Positions 47,911 to 57,443 of a stretch of 64,000 nucleotides of DNA are shown piece after piece. Source of the stretch: Candidatus Shapirobacteria bacterium. GTDB lineage: Bacteria > Patescibacteriota > Microgenomatia > UBA12405. The position numbers and the translations under genes are program-made. Positions within the stretch are counted from its first letter, which is position 1, and each line of letters begins with the position of its first letter. The stretch covers positions 10,607-74,606 of the forward strand of contig JAUYJS010000005.1 of the NCBI GenBank assembly GCA_030698565.1. The letters are read 5' to 3'. Below the pieces are notes generated by a model, which worked only from the letters and a program-made list of their open reading frames with translations, was not told where the DNA came from and did not search any database.

Positions 47911-48929
47911 TGAGTACGGTTTGTTTGATTAAGTAAACCAAGTTTATACATTAAGCTGCTTTTAGTATATACATATAAAGTGATAAAACAGGCTAATGGA
48001 TGAAATATCCAGGCGGTGTCGGGTTGGTGAATAAAGCCGATTATTGAATGGTAAACTGCCGGAAAAATTGTTGTTGTATAAAGTGTAAATTTTAAAATTC
48101 CAGAACCGTTAGTAGTTTTCCAGTCGTATTGGCGATAATTTTTGTAAAAATAATAATCATTTATCCGTCGATTTTGTTTTTTGATAAATTTAGAAATTGA
48201 AGATTCGCAATAGGTGTGAATTATGCCGATTTTTACTTTGGCAAAATATAATTTTACTTGATTTTTTTGTAATGCGTAAGAAATAATGTCGATATCAAAA
48301 AGATAATCGGAGTTTATATTTTTACGAATAAAATCGGTTCTAAAAATTGTTCCATTGGCGCCAATTGTTGGAATTGGTTTGCCGGGTTCTAAAAAAAGTT
48401 TTAAATATTTTTTATAATTTAAGGTTTTTATTTTAAGCCCGGTCCATTTAAAATTTATATAATTTTTTCTATCATAAACGCCGGATATAAACGCATAGGG
48501 ATCATTGGCGCCGATAAGGGCAGAGTATCTTTCGATTAATCCAGCTTTTTTTCTGTATGTGAACTTCCAGGGTTCTGCGCCAATCAGGTGCTTATCTTTT
48601 TCTAAAACGTTAATCATTGTCGTTAACCAAGAAGAATCAGGTAAAATATTATCTGAATCGATTAGAGCAAGATATTTACCCTGGGCATTTTTGATTCCGA
48701 TGGCTTTACCTGCTTCAGCAGTTTTTAAGGGGTTAAAAATTATTTTAGCTAAATATTTTTTGGCAATTTCTACAGTTTTGTCAGTCGATCCACCGTCAGC
48801 AATGATTATTTCATATTTATTTTTGGGAAAATTTTGTTTAAAAATTGATTTTAGACATATTTCTAAAACTTTTTGAGCGTTGAGAGTGGGAATAATAAAA
48901 CTAATTTCGATTTGATTTTTTTCAGCCAT
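47898..48929 (-). CDS. Glycosyltransferase, GT2.
   Basis: ISFIIPTLNAQKVLEICLKSI...IIADGGSTDKT. Confidence 0.75.
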   Translation of the reverse strand: MAEKNQIEISFIIPTLNAQKVLEICLKSIFKQNFPKNKYEIIIADGGSTDKTVEIAKKYLAKIIFNPLKTAEAGKAIGIKNAQGKYLALIDSDNILPDSSWLTTMINVLEKDKHLIGAEPWKFTYRKKAGLIERYSALIGANDPYAFISGVYDRKNYINFKWTGLKIKTLNYKKYLKLFLEPGKPIPTIGANGTIFRTDFIRKNINSDYLFDIDIISYALQKNQVKLYFAKVKIGIIHTYCESSISKFIKKQNRRINDYYFYKNYRQYDWKTTNGSGILKFTLYTTTIFPAVYHSIIGFIHQPDTAWIFHPLACFITLYVYTKSSLMYKLGLLNQTNRTQWQQ

Positions 48930-50415
48930 TCTTTATTGGAAAATCTTGAAGTTTCTGAATATATTTTACAGCATAACGACTAAGAAATTTGATGTCTTTA
49001 AATGACCGAATCGATACTATTTTTCTAATTAAAAACTTGGGTGTAATAACGCCTTTAAATAAGCCTTGTACTAGATTAACTTGATCTACACCGGAAATTT
49101 TTGATTTAATAATTTGCTGGCGCATGTCATAATCGTCCCAATTTTCAGTTAAAAGTAAATTTTCTTTTTGGCATTCTTTGAAAAGCGGTGTGCCAGGATA
49201 TGGAATTATTATAGTAGCTTGCATACTATCTGCTAGACCATCTTTGAACAACTCTCTGGCTTCATTTAAAGTTCTGGTGGCATCTTCTTTCGTCTCCCAT
49301 GGATATCCAATCATAATGGTTAAATGGGGTTCTAATCCAGCTTTTTTTGCCATAATCAAAGTTGATCTACTGTCTTTTACTTTAGTATTTTTTTTGATTT
49401 TATCTAAGGTCTCTTGATTGGATGATTCTAATCCGTATAAAATAAATCTAAATCCAGCTTTACCCATTAAATCATACTGTTCTTGGTTTAATGCAGCAAA
49501 ACGCATATTGCAGCCAAATTTTATTTTTTTATTGTAGCCTCTTTCTATCATGCCCTCGCAGAATTCTTTTAACCAAGGTCCAATAGGAAAAGTGCCGGCA
49601 TCATCAAAAATTTCTTTGATGTGATATTTTTCAATTAGATTACCAATTTCGTCTAAAGTGTGTTTAACTGAAAAAGCTCGAAAAGTAGTTCCTGGGTGAG
49701 TAGTTGTCCAAGAGCAAAAAGTACATTTTCCCCACCAACAATCTCTGCCAGACATCATGTAAGTTCCTGGAACGAACTTGTAATTTGTATTGTTATACGC
49801 ATAAAGTTTCCATTTGGTTAAATCACGATCAATAATTGGTAGAGAATCTAAATTGTGGTGCTTTAAAGCAAAGGCACCTGTATTTTTATTTACCTTTTTT
49901 TCTCTAAACCAAAACCCTGGTTCTAACTTTGTTTTATTGACGAGATGGTCGACAAGATTTAAAAGCATGAAATCAAAATCACCACCAGTTATGACGTAGT
50001 CGACTGGGCTATTGTTTAAAGATTCTTCGGGAAGAGCAGTGACATGATCACCTATTAGGACAATTTTTAATTTCCAATTTTTAATTTTTAATGATTCTTG
50101 TTTTAATTGTTCTATTATTTGCCAATGAGTTTTAATGACTGGAGTTTTGGATTCCATAACTACAAGATTGGGTTTTCTTTTTAGAATTCTTTTGAGCCAT
50201 TGCTCGTAACTAATTTTTTCGGCAATAGCATCGTCCCAAAAAACTTTGTAACCCTTTTGTTTTAGAGCAGAAGCGGCATAGGCTGGAATTACGGGGTATA
50301 TTACATTACCAGTATTGGTCCATTGAAATTGTCTGTTTTGAGCTAAAAAAGGGATACCTTTTTTAGAAATTAGTGGCGGGTAAGAAATGGAAATTGAAAT
50401 TTTATTTGTTTTCAT
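48922..50415 (-). CDS. Cobalamin-binding radical SAM enzyme candidate with an atypical CX4CX2C cluster motif.
   Basis: GRDCWWGKCTFCSW at about residue 225. The N-terminal region is B12-binding-like (PVIPAYAASALKQKGYKVFWDDAI..LIGDHVTALP). 497 aa. The cysteine spacing is non-canonical. Confidence 0.6.
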   Translation of the reverse strand: MKTNKISISISYPPLISKKGIPFLAQNRQFQWTNTGNVIYPVIPAYAASALKQKGYKVFWDDAIAEKISYEQWLKRILKRKPNLVVMESKTPVIKTHWQIIEQLKQESLKIKNWKLKIVLIGDHVTALPEESLNNSPVDYVITGGDFDFMLLNLVDHLVNKTKLEPGFWFREKKVNKNTGAFALKHHNLDSLPIIDRDLTKWKLYAYNNTNYKFVPGTYMMSGRDCWWGKCTFCSWTTTHPGTTFRAFSVKHTLDEIGNLIEKYHIKEIFDDAGTFPIGPWLKEFCEGMIERGYNKKIKFGCNMRFAALNQEQYDLMGKAGFRFILYGLESSNQETLDKIKKNTKVKDSRSTLIMAKKAGLEPHLTIMIGYPWETKEDATRTLNEARELFKDGLADSMQATIIIPYPGTPLFKECQKENLLLTENWDDYDMRQQIIKSKISGVDQVNLVQGLFKGVITPKFLIRKIVSIRSFKDIKFLSRYAVKYIQKLQDFPIKNG

Positions 50416-50446
50416 TAATTTATACTACTATTGTAGTGGTTTATAA

Positions 50447-51478
50447 TCAACCGCCAATATATTCCCCAGTTTTTGTATTAACTTTGTGGGGCTGAAAATC
50501 TAAACTATTTTTTGATAATCCCCACAAAAATAAGCTGCCGTAATATATGTGAGTGATTGGGATAGAAATAATAGTAATAATGCTGGTAGGCAAATTAATT
50601 TTGTTTAATAAGAATATAAATAAATTATAAAAAAGTAATATTAAATAACAAAATAAAGGGATACTAAATAACCATAAAAATAATTGATTTAGGGGTGAAA
50701 TAATTGCTGAAGAAAGATTAATAAGTAGAAGAGCAAAAATATATAGGGTAAAAAATGAGGGTAAAAAGTAACCAATTTTAAAACTGGTTTCGGGAAATTT
50801 TTTGGCAAAGAAACCGCGATGAATAGCGTATCGAGTAATTTGCTGAAGATGAGGTATCATTACCTCTCGACGATGATGAAATACTTTAATTGAAGGATCA
50901 TAAACTATTTGTTTTTTTAGTTTCTTGATAATATCTAAACACAAAATAGTATCTTCCCCGGGCCAATACTGATTATTGAAACCTTTAATTTTAAGGAAAT
51001 CTTTTTTTCTAACGATCAGGTTTACTGTTGGATAATCGGAAACATATCTTTTATCTCTGACACTATTTCTATATACACCGGCTCCCCCGCTACCCATCCA
51101 AGTGGACCAAAATAAACCAGAGGCTTGTTGGAGCCAGTTATCTTTTGGAGGAGTGAGACATGGGCCGCAAACAGCGGCTGCGTTTTTTTCCAGTTTAAAT
51201 ATTTTTTGTGCATTTTTGAGCCAATTTAAATCAGGATAAGAATCGTCATCAAGAAAGGCTAAATATTGACCTTTGGCCATTTTTGCACCTAAATTGCGCT
51301 TAAAACTTGGTCCAAGATGATGTAAGCTTGCAGACTTGTCAATAGAAATTTTATCTGTAATTACCAATATCTCAAATGATTTTAATGACTGTTTATTAAT
51401 ATGGTTTACAGTTTCTTTTAGGTAATCGTTTGTTTTGCGAACCGGAATAATAATAGAAAAAAGTGGTTTTTTGGTCAT
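50447..51478 (-). CDS. GT2 glycosyltransferase with a C-terminal multi-TM region (polyprenyl-phosphate glycosyltransferase candidate).
   Basis: FSIIIPVRKTNDYLKETVNHI... The C-terminal roughly 100 aa have 3-4 TM helices (IGYFLPSFFTLYIFALLLINL...). Confidence 0.7.
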   Translation of the reverse strand: MTKKPLFSIIIPVRKTNDYLKETVNHINKQSLKSFEILVITDKISIDKSASLHHLGPSFKRNLGAKMAKGQYLAFLDDDSYPDLNWLKNAQKIFKLEKNAAAVCGPCLTPPKDNWLQQASGLFWSTWMGSGGAGVYRNSVRDKRYVSDYPTVNLIVRKKDFLKIKGFNNQYWPGEDTILCLDIIKKLKKQIVYDPSIKVFHHRREVMIPHLQQITRYAIHRGFFAKKFPETSFKIGYFLPSFFTLYIFALLLINLSSAIISPLNQLFLWLFSIPLFCYLILLFYNLFIFLLNKINLPTSIITIISIPITHIYYGSLFLWGLSKNSLDFQPHKVNTKTGEYIGG

Positions 51479-51481
51479 ATT

Positions 51482-52366
51482 TTACTGTCCAGTATTGATT
51501 CTCATTTCTAAATCAGGATCGTATGTCCATTTACGTTTATTTTTGTCATCATAAAAGTGATGTATTTTTAGGCGATAAAATATGGCTAGTGTATCAATTA
51601 GACAATTATAAATGGTTTTAAATCCAGTAGCGTGGGTGATGCTATCAAAACCGTATTTTAATTTTATCGGTGCTTCGTATATTTTGTTAAATCCTAACCT
51701 GTTGGCCACCGAAAGAATCTCTATGTCAAATGCGTAGCTTTTAACGAGTAATCGTGGCAAAACTTTTAACAAAACTTCTCTTTTGAAAATTTTTAATCCA
51801 GCTTGGGTATCCTTGATATTTAAACCAAGAAGAACTTGAATGATGATTTGAGCAATAAAACTAATAATAACCCTATCGAGAGGATATATTACTTTGGAAG
51901 CAGGGTGTCGCTTTGAAGCGACAATAATATCGGCACCGTACCACTCCATGTGTTCTAAAACCATAGATATCCCATTGGGATCTATTTCCATTCCAGCATC
52001 AATAAAAGCAACATAATCTCCTTTGGTTTTGGTCATACCATAGCGAACAGCATAACCTTTACCGTGATTATATTTGTAACTAAAAACTTTAACTTTAGAT
52101 AATTTGCATTTTTTAATTATGTCGTAGGATTTGTCTGTGGAAATGCCGTCTACTACCGCAATAATTTCGTAGTCATATCTAATTTGTTTAAGAGTATTAG
52201 CTATATTAATAATATCTTGCTTAATGGTTTTATCTTGTTTATAGATTGGAATTATGACTGATAAAAAATGGCCTTTATTTTTCATATTCTGTGGCCAATC
52301 GATAAAGAGCAAGGGTTTGGAGGGCGGTACTTTTCCAAGAAAAAACTTTAGATCTTTCGACACCAA
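51482..52366 (-). CDS. Glycosyltransferase, GT2.
   Basis: LSVIIPIYKQDKTIKQDIINI...IAVVDGISTDKS. The true start is probably the internal Met (MKNKGHFLSVII, about 52285). Confidence 0.75.
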   Translation of the reverse strand: MVSKDLKFFLGKVPPSKPLLFIDWPQNMKNKGHFLSVIIPIYKQDKTIKQDIINIANTLKQIRYDYEIIAVVDGISTDKSYDIIKKCKLSKVKVFSYKYNHGKGYAVRYGMTKTKGDYVAFIDAGMEIDPNGISMVLEHMEWYGADIIVASKRHPASKVIYPLDRVIISFIAQIIIQVLLGLNIKDTQAGLKIFKREVLLKVLPRLLVKSYAFDIEILSVANRLGFNKIYEAPIKLKYGFDSITHATGFKTIYNCLIDTLAIFYRLKIHHFYDDKNKRKWTYDPDLEMRINTGQ

Positions 52367-53369
52367 GTTTTGAATATTTTTGTCTTAATTTCACATCCAC
52401 CCAAAGACTAGTTAATGCATTTTTAATATCTTTTGTGGAATAGGGATCAAAAAAAACTCCATTGTAATCCATAATTTCTGGTAGACTAGTTTCTTTGCTA
52501 TAAGCAATAGGGCAGCCTGATTGCATGGCTTGAATTAATGGTAACCCAAATCCTTCGGCAAAAGATGGCTGACAATATATTGTGGCTAGATTGTAAAAAT
52601 AAGGTAAATCATCGTCTGATATAAATCCAGTTAAAATTAATTCATTAGAATTTTTATGTGTTGCAGCGATAGATTGGAGCCAAATTAAATCTTGGTTCCA
52701 AGGATGATTTTCAACGTTTAGTCTGGTGGCAGCGGAACCAACAACAACTAAAGGATATTTGAGATGTAAACAAGCTTTTACTAAATTTGGAATATTTTTA
52801 TTCCAATTAATATCACCTACAAATAAAATAAATTTGTCTGGAAGATTGTATTTTTGTTTGATCAAATTTAGTTTGTTTTTATCCGTGATTTTTTTAAATG
52901 ATTTATCGGCTGCTTCATGAGTTACAAATATACGATCCTCTGGGTATTTAATAATATTTTTAATTATATATTTTGAATAATGGGAAACGCTAATTATGTA
53001 ATTAGATTGTAAAAGCCTTAGTTTTTGAATAAACCATATTATTTCGCCTTTAATTCCAACCGGAAACTCTTTTTTAAATTGACGAGGAATAAGGTCGTGA
53101 ACAGTTACTATGGTTATAGTAGGTGTATTTTTCTTGGCAGGTAGAGTTAGTTTAAATGGATCAAAATAAGGATAGTGGATTAGATTGTAGCTGTTAATTT
53201 TAAATTTACTATTTTTGATCAAATCAATTTGCCAATTTTTATATTCAGGATTATTTTTTATTTCTTGTTGGAGGGCGTCAACTAAATGTTTGGTATAGTG
53301 ACCGACACCACGGACAGAATTACCATCGTATAAAGGCGAAACATCAATTGCAATTTTTATTTTTGCCAT
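52275..53369 (-). CDS. Glycosyltransferase, GT4.
   Basis: EGFGLPLIQAMQSGCPIAYSKETSLPEI. Confidence 0.8.
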   Translation of the reverse strand: MAKIKIAIDVSPLYDGNSVRGVGHYTKHLVDALQQEIKNNPEYKNWQIDLIKNSKFKINSYNLIHYPYFDPFKLTLPAKKNTPTITIVTVHDLIPRQFKKEFPVGIKGEIIWFIQKLRLLQSNYIISVSHYSKYIIKNIIKYPEDRIFVTHEAADKSFKKITDKNKLNLIKQKYNLPDKFILFVGDINWNKNIPNLVKACLHLKYPLVVVGSAATRLNVENHPWNQDLIWLQSIAATHKNSNELILTGFISDDDLPYFYNLATIYCQPSFAEGFGLPLIQAMQSGCPIAYSKETSLPEIMDYNGVFFDPYSTKDIKNALTSLWVDVKLRQKYSKLGVERSKVFSWKSTALQTLALYRLATEYEK

Positions 53370-54200
53370 CTATTTTTTGTCCCAATCATCAGAAATATTA
53401 ATGTTTCTTTTTGTCTTATTTAGCTCCCAGTATTTGGTGTAAGCTATGGGAAAGCGAAGGGCAGAATAAAAAGAAAAGACAAAACCAGGAAATCCGTCAT
53501 AGAAACCCTTGTGTCGGAAGAAGGTTGAGAGGAACCAAGAAACTGGTTTTAAAAAATAATAGTTTAAAAAAGAAAGAAAATTAATTGGTATATGTTTGTC
53601 TTGAAATTCTTGAGCAAAAAGAGTTGTATAACGATTATGTCTTAAAAGGTAATGAGAAAATGAAGTGTCGGCATAATGTTCCAAATCATTTTGAAGCCAG
53701 CCAATCTTACCTTCAATTTTGGCTTGCTCGTGAACATCTTTACATGGAAGTCTACCTTTCCCTTTTTTGTAAAGTCTAACTGTGGGGTCGGGGTATTGCC
53801 CACCTTTTTTTAAAAATGCTCCGATAAAATAATTTTTTCTTTTGATCCAAAATCCATTTTCGGATATATTTTTTATATCTTTTTTTAATAAAGCCATTAT
53901 TTCATTTTTCAATTCAGCCGTAATTATTTCGTCGGCATCAAGTTGAAGAATCCAGTCGCTTTGACAAGCGTCGATGGCTAAGTTTTTATTGATATGGAAC
54001 ATTGGCTTGTTGGTGGTAGAAATTGTTTTGACTTTTGAATATTTTTTGGCGATCTCTATTGTTTTATCTTGAGATTCACCGTCAACAATTATAATTTCAT
54101 CTACCCAATCATGAACAGCATCTAGACAACGAGCGATATTTTTTTCTTCATTATAAGTGGCAATGGCTACTGAAATTGTTTGGTTATTTTTTGATTTCAT
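53370..54200 (-). CDS. Glycosyltransferase, GT2.
   Basis: ISVAIATYNEEKNIARCLDAV...IIVDGESQDKT. Confidence 0.75.
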   Translation of the reverse strand: MKSKNNQTISVAIATYNEEKNIARCLDAVHDWVDEIIIVDGESQDKTIEIAKKYSKVKTISTTNKPMFHINKNLAIDACQSDWILQLDADEIITAELKNEIMALLKKDIKNISENGFWIKRKNYFIGAFLKKGGQYPDPTVRLYKKGKGRLPCKDVHEQAKIEGKIGWLQNDLEHYADTSFSHYLLRHNRYTTLFAQEFQDKHIPINFLSFLNYYFLKPVSWFLSTFFRHKGFYDGFPGFVFSFYSALRFPIAYTKYWELNKTKRNINISDDWDKK

Positions 54201-55822
54201 GGTTTTATATATATTTTAAATGCAAAGCTCTTGTTTGGGAAATATATGTTTTTTAAAGGTGTGACAGGAACTGTCTCGTCGCTGGTCACAACCAATGAAT
54301 TTGAGGGAATTTTATCCCAATCTATTTTTTGAAAATATAAATTACTGAAATGATTAACAGTGGAAAAACCAAATTTGTCCGGTGGTGTCAATTTTATCTC
54401 TTTCTGAATTTGAGATGGCGAATACTTGGAATAAAAAAGAAATAAAATATATGGTTGATCATATTTGTCGGTAATATAAACGGAGTTATATTTATCTTTG
54501 TTAGCCATTACGTAGGGTACTAATTCATCGAACCCATATTGCCAAGCGAAGGGATATCTTTTGGGATAATGGATGAAATAAGCGTCTAAATAATAAGTAA
54601 AAGAATATATAAAAAGAATAGAAGTGATAATTATGAGAGGTATCTTTAGTTTATTAGTTTTTGAAATTTGAAGAAAAAACTGATAAATTCCGATTGATAT
54701 TAAAACTGAAAGCGGAATAAGCAAGGGCAACGATCTAAGAGCTGAAGGTGCCTGAAAAGTTAACGAAGAAGCTAGTGGTGCGAAAATTAACCAGGAAAAA
54801 ATAACGGGTTTTAGGGCACTATATTGTTTGAATTTTAAAATAAAAACTAAACCTAATAATAGAAATAGTAGTTCAATTAAATAAAATTGACCCATGTCGG
54901 GAACTTTTGAACGGGGGACTTCGTCGCCCGAAATGAATAGATAATTTAGGTCAAAATGGGAAAAATATTTTTCGCCCCAAGAAATTAAATAAAGATTTTT
55001 TTGATTGTGAATTATACGATCGGTAATTCTTAAATTTTGCTGATGTTGGTTTAGTAATTCGTTAGCTCGCCAAAGTGGTCCTTGATCGGCAGTCAAACCT
55101 ACACCGCCAAATCTTGTGGCTCCCCCATTGTTCAAAAAGGAAACTCCAACCGGAATAACCAATAAAACTCCAATTAGTAATGGAAATAAAATTTTGGGAA
55201 ATTTAGTTAAAATTAATTTTAGATTGGTTAAGATATAGGATAGGGCGATTAAAGGAGCAAAGATTCTGGCTGAATGATAAATATAAAGAGATAGTGCAAA
55301 AAAAATAACAAATAGGGAAAAATTCCAAAAGAAGTTTTTAACTTTAGATATATAAAAGAAATAGGTCCCGATAATTATAAAAGAAAGTGCGGCCGATGAC
55401 TCCCAAGCGCCTCGACTAAAATGGATATGCCACGGAGAAATAGCCAGAATAAGTGCACTTAAAAGCGATAACTCTTTTGATTTTGAGAGAAGAAAGATAA
55501 GCTTATATAGAAAATATATGGTGATAATGGATAGAATTAAATTGGGCAATCTAACTGCTAATGGGGTAAGCCCCATTAATTTGACAAAGGGCAAAACTAA
55601 ATAAAAATAACCACCTGGTTTATAATCGCCAAAAGATTTGAAGTGAAGAGGCCAGGAAATTCCATGCTCGTCTTTGCCCGTTTGAATCAAGGAATAGGCG
55701 TCGTATCCAATTGCGGCTTCGTCGGGGTTTAAAGCGGGAGTAACATTGATTTGATAGGCTCGAACAAAAAAAGCCAAAAGTAAAATAACCCAAATTAAAT
55801 GTTTATTTAGTCGAGTAAGCAT
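54197..55822 (-). CDS. GT-C membrane glycosyltransferase, GT39/ArnT/PMT_2 family. Paralog 1 of 5.
   Basis: Loop-1 PDEAAIGYDAYSL..GKDEHG. FKSFGDYKPGGYFYLVLPFVKLMGLTPLAVRLPNLI. About 12 TM helices plus a C-terminal soluble domain carrying DQPYILFLFYSKYSP. Confidence 0.75.
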   Translation of the reverse strand: MLTRLNKHLIWVILLLAFFVRAYQINVTPALNPDEAAIGYDAYSLIQTGKDEHGISWPLHFKSFGDYKPGGYFYLVLPFVKLMGLTPLAVRLPNLILSIITIYFLYKLIFLLSKSKELSLLSALILAISPWHIHFSRGAWESSAALSFIIIGTYFFYISKVKNFFWNFSLFVIFFALSLYIYHSARIFAPLIALSYILTNLKLILTKFPKILFPLLIGVLLVIPVGVSFLNNGGATRFGGVGLTADQGPLWRANELLNQHQQNLRITDRIIHNQKNLYLISWGEKYFSHFDLNYLFISGDEVPRSKVPDMGQFYLIELLFLLLGLVFILKFKQYSALKPVIFSWLIFAPLASSLTFQAPSALRSLPLLIPLSVLISIGIYQFFLQISKTNKLKIPLIIITSILFIYSFTYYLDAYFIHYPKRYPFAWQYGFDELVPYVMANKDKYNSVYITDKYDQPYILFLFYSKYSPSQIQKEIKLTPPDKFGFSTVNHFSNLYFQKIDWDKIPSNSLVVTSDETVPVTPLKNIYFPNKSFAFKIYIKP

Positions 55823-57443
55823 AAAAAGTTGAAATATTATTAATTGGACTTAGGGCGGTAAATTGATTTTTATCTAATCCTTGCCTTAAGATTTCATCAT
55901 TGGAAATGATTATTAAAGTATTTGCTTGTTGTTTGTAGGCGGCAAAATTAATGGGCACGAATTGAATATTGTCGATTTTTTCTACTGTGCCAGTGTCACC
56001 TGAAATGTTTTCTGTAAGTTTAGCTTGAGACTGATACTTAAGAGGAGAATATTGACTATAGAAAAGATAAAAAATATAAGGTTGACCATAGAAATCAGTA
56101 AAATAAATATGATCGTATTGGTATTGACGGGTAGAGACATAAGTGACTGCTTGCTTATATCCGTAAAGAAAATCAGAAGGAGATTTCTTGACCATGTGGT
56201 TGTAGTAAAGATCGCTGTAATAAATAAATGACAGAAGATAGGTCAGAATAATAAAGACTAAGAAGGTTTTGTTTTTTATAAAATTTAAAACGTAGATTGC
56301 GCCTTGGGCGGTAAAGTAGATTAATGGTATTGAAAATGACATTGATCGCACCGGTTGAATAATGTCTCGGGTTAAAGCAGCGAGAATCGGAGCTAATAAT
56401 AACCAAAAAAGAAAAAAAAGATTCATTTTGTCCTGTTTTTTGGCTAAAGAAGTAAAGAAACCGATTACAAGAAATATGATACTAGGATAAAGAAGTACGC
56501 CAATATAAGGAGCTGAATGACGGGCATTTTGCCAATCTCCTTCAAACACAAGGAATTTAGTTGAAAAATGATTGAAGTAACGGGTTGAAATTTCTCTTAA
56601 ATAAAAAATGACTGGATTGTGAAAAATTAAGTAATCGAAGTTGTTTGATTCACTGATTATCTGAGATGTTTCCTGCTGACTTCGAGAATATGAAAAGATA
56701 CTAACTACTTTTAGTCGATTGGAGTCTTGGGAAAAGAACATACCATAAACGATCGGTAAAGCGAAAATAAACAAAGGAAAGACGAAAAATTTGAAAAAAG
56801 ATAATTTACGCTTCGCTAGATCCTTCGTTGCACTCAGGATGACAAGAATGACTATTAAAAACAGACTGATCATTTTGCTGGCTTGATATGTGTAAAGGGT
56901 AGTGCCAAAAACTAACGCAGAAAGAAATAGCGAGGAATTCTTTTTGGTGTTTATGTATTTAAAGAAATAATAAGACGCCAAAACTAATTCAAAGGTGAGT
57001 ATATTTGTCTCCCAGGCGGTTTTGGAAAAATGAATATTATAAGGATTAAATGCCAGAAGGATGGTAGCGATGGATGCGAGTTTTATTTTTCTAGGATCTA
57101 TTTGGCAAATTAGAAAATAAAGCAAAATCGGTGTGAGCGATCCTAAAATTATAGAGGGAAGCCGGATTGAAAGATCATTTAAACCAAGAATATATACAAA
57201 TGGTATAGCTAAATATGCATAAAGCCCCGGCTTGTAATCACCAAAAGATTTTAAAATCAAAGGTAAAAATTTGCCGTATTCATCGCGACCAGTTTGAAGA
57301 ATGGAAAAAGCATTATAACCCAAAGCAGCCTCATCCCAGACTAGTGAAGGATAATTCCAAGATAAATAAACTCGAATAATAAACGATATAAAAAAAATTG
57401 AAATTAGAAATATTTTGATTTTATTCATAGCTGACAATATCAA
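55803..57443 (-). CDS. GT-C membrane glycosyltransferase, GT39/ArnT/PMT_2 family. Paralog 2.
   Basis: WDEAALGYNAFSILQTGRDEYG..LKSFGDYKPGLYAYLAIPFVYILGLNDLSIRLPSII. C-terminal GQPYIFYLFYSQYSP. Confidence 0.75.
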   Translation of the reverse strand: MILSAMNKIKIFLISIFFISFIIRVYLSWNYPSLVWDEAALGYNAFSILQTGRDEYGKFLPLILKSFGDYKPGLYAYLAIPFVYILGLNDLSIRLPSIILGSLTPILLYFLICQIDPRKIKLASIATILLAFNPYNIHFSKTAWETNILTFELVLASYYFFKYINTKKNSSLFLSALVFGTTLYTYQASKMISLFLIVILVILSATKDLAKRKLSFFKFFVFPLFIFALPIVYGMFFSQDSNRLKVVSIFSYSRSQQETSQIISESNNFDYLIFHNPVIFYLREISTRYFNHFSTKFLVFEGDWQNARHSAPYIGVLLYPSIIFLVIGFFTSLAKKQDKMNLFFLFWLLLAPILAALTRDIIQPVRSMSFSIPLIYFTAQGAIYVLNFIKNKTFLVFIILTYLLSFIYYSDLYYNHMVKKSPSDFLYGYKQAVTYVSTRQYQYDHIYFTDFYGQPYIFYLFYSQYSPLKYQSQAKLTENISGDTGTVEKIDNIQFVPINFAAYKQQANTLIIISNDEILRQGLDKNQFTALSPINNISTFYAYSTK

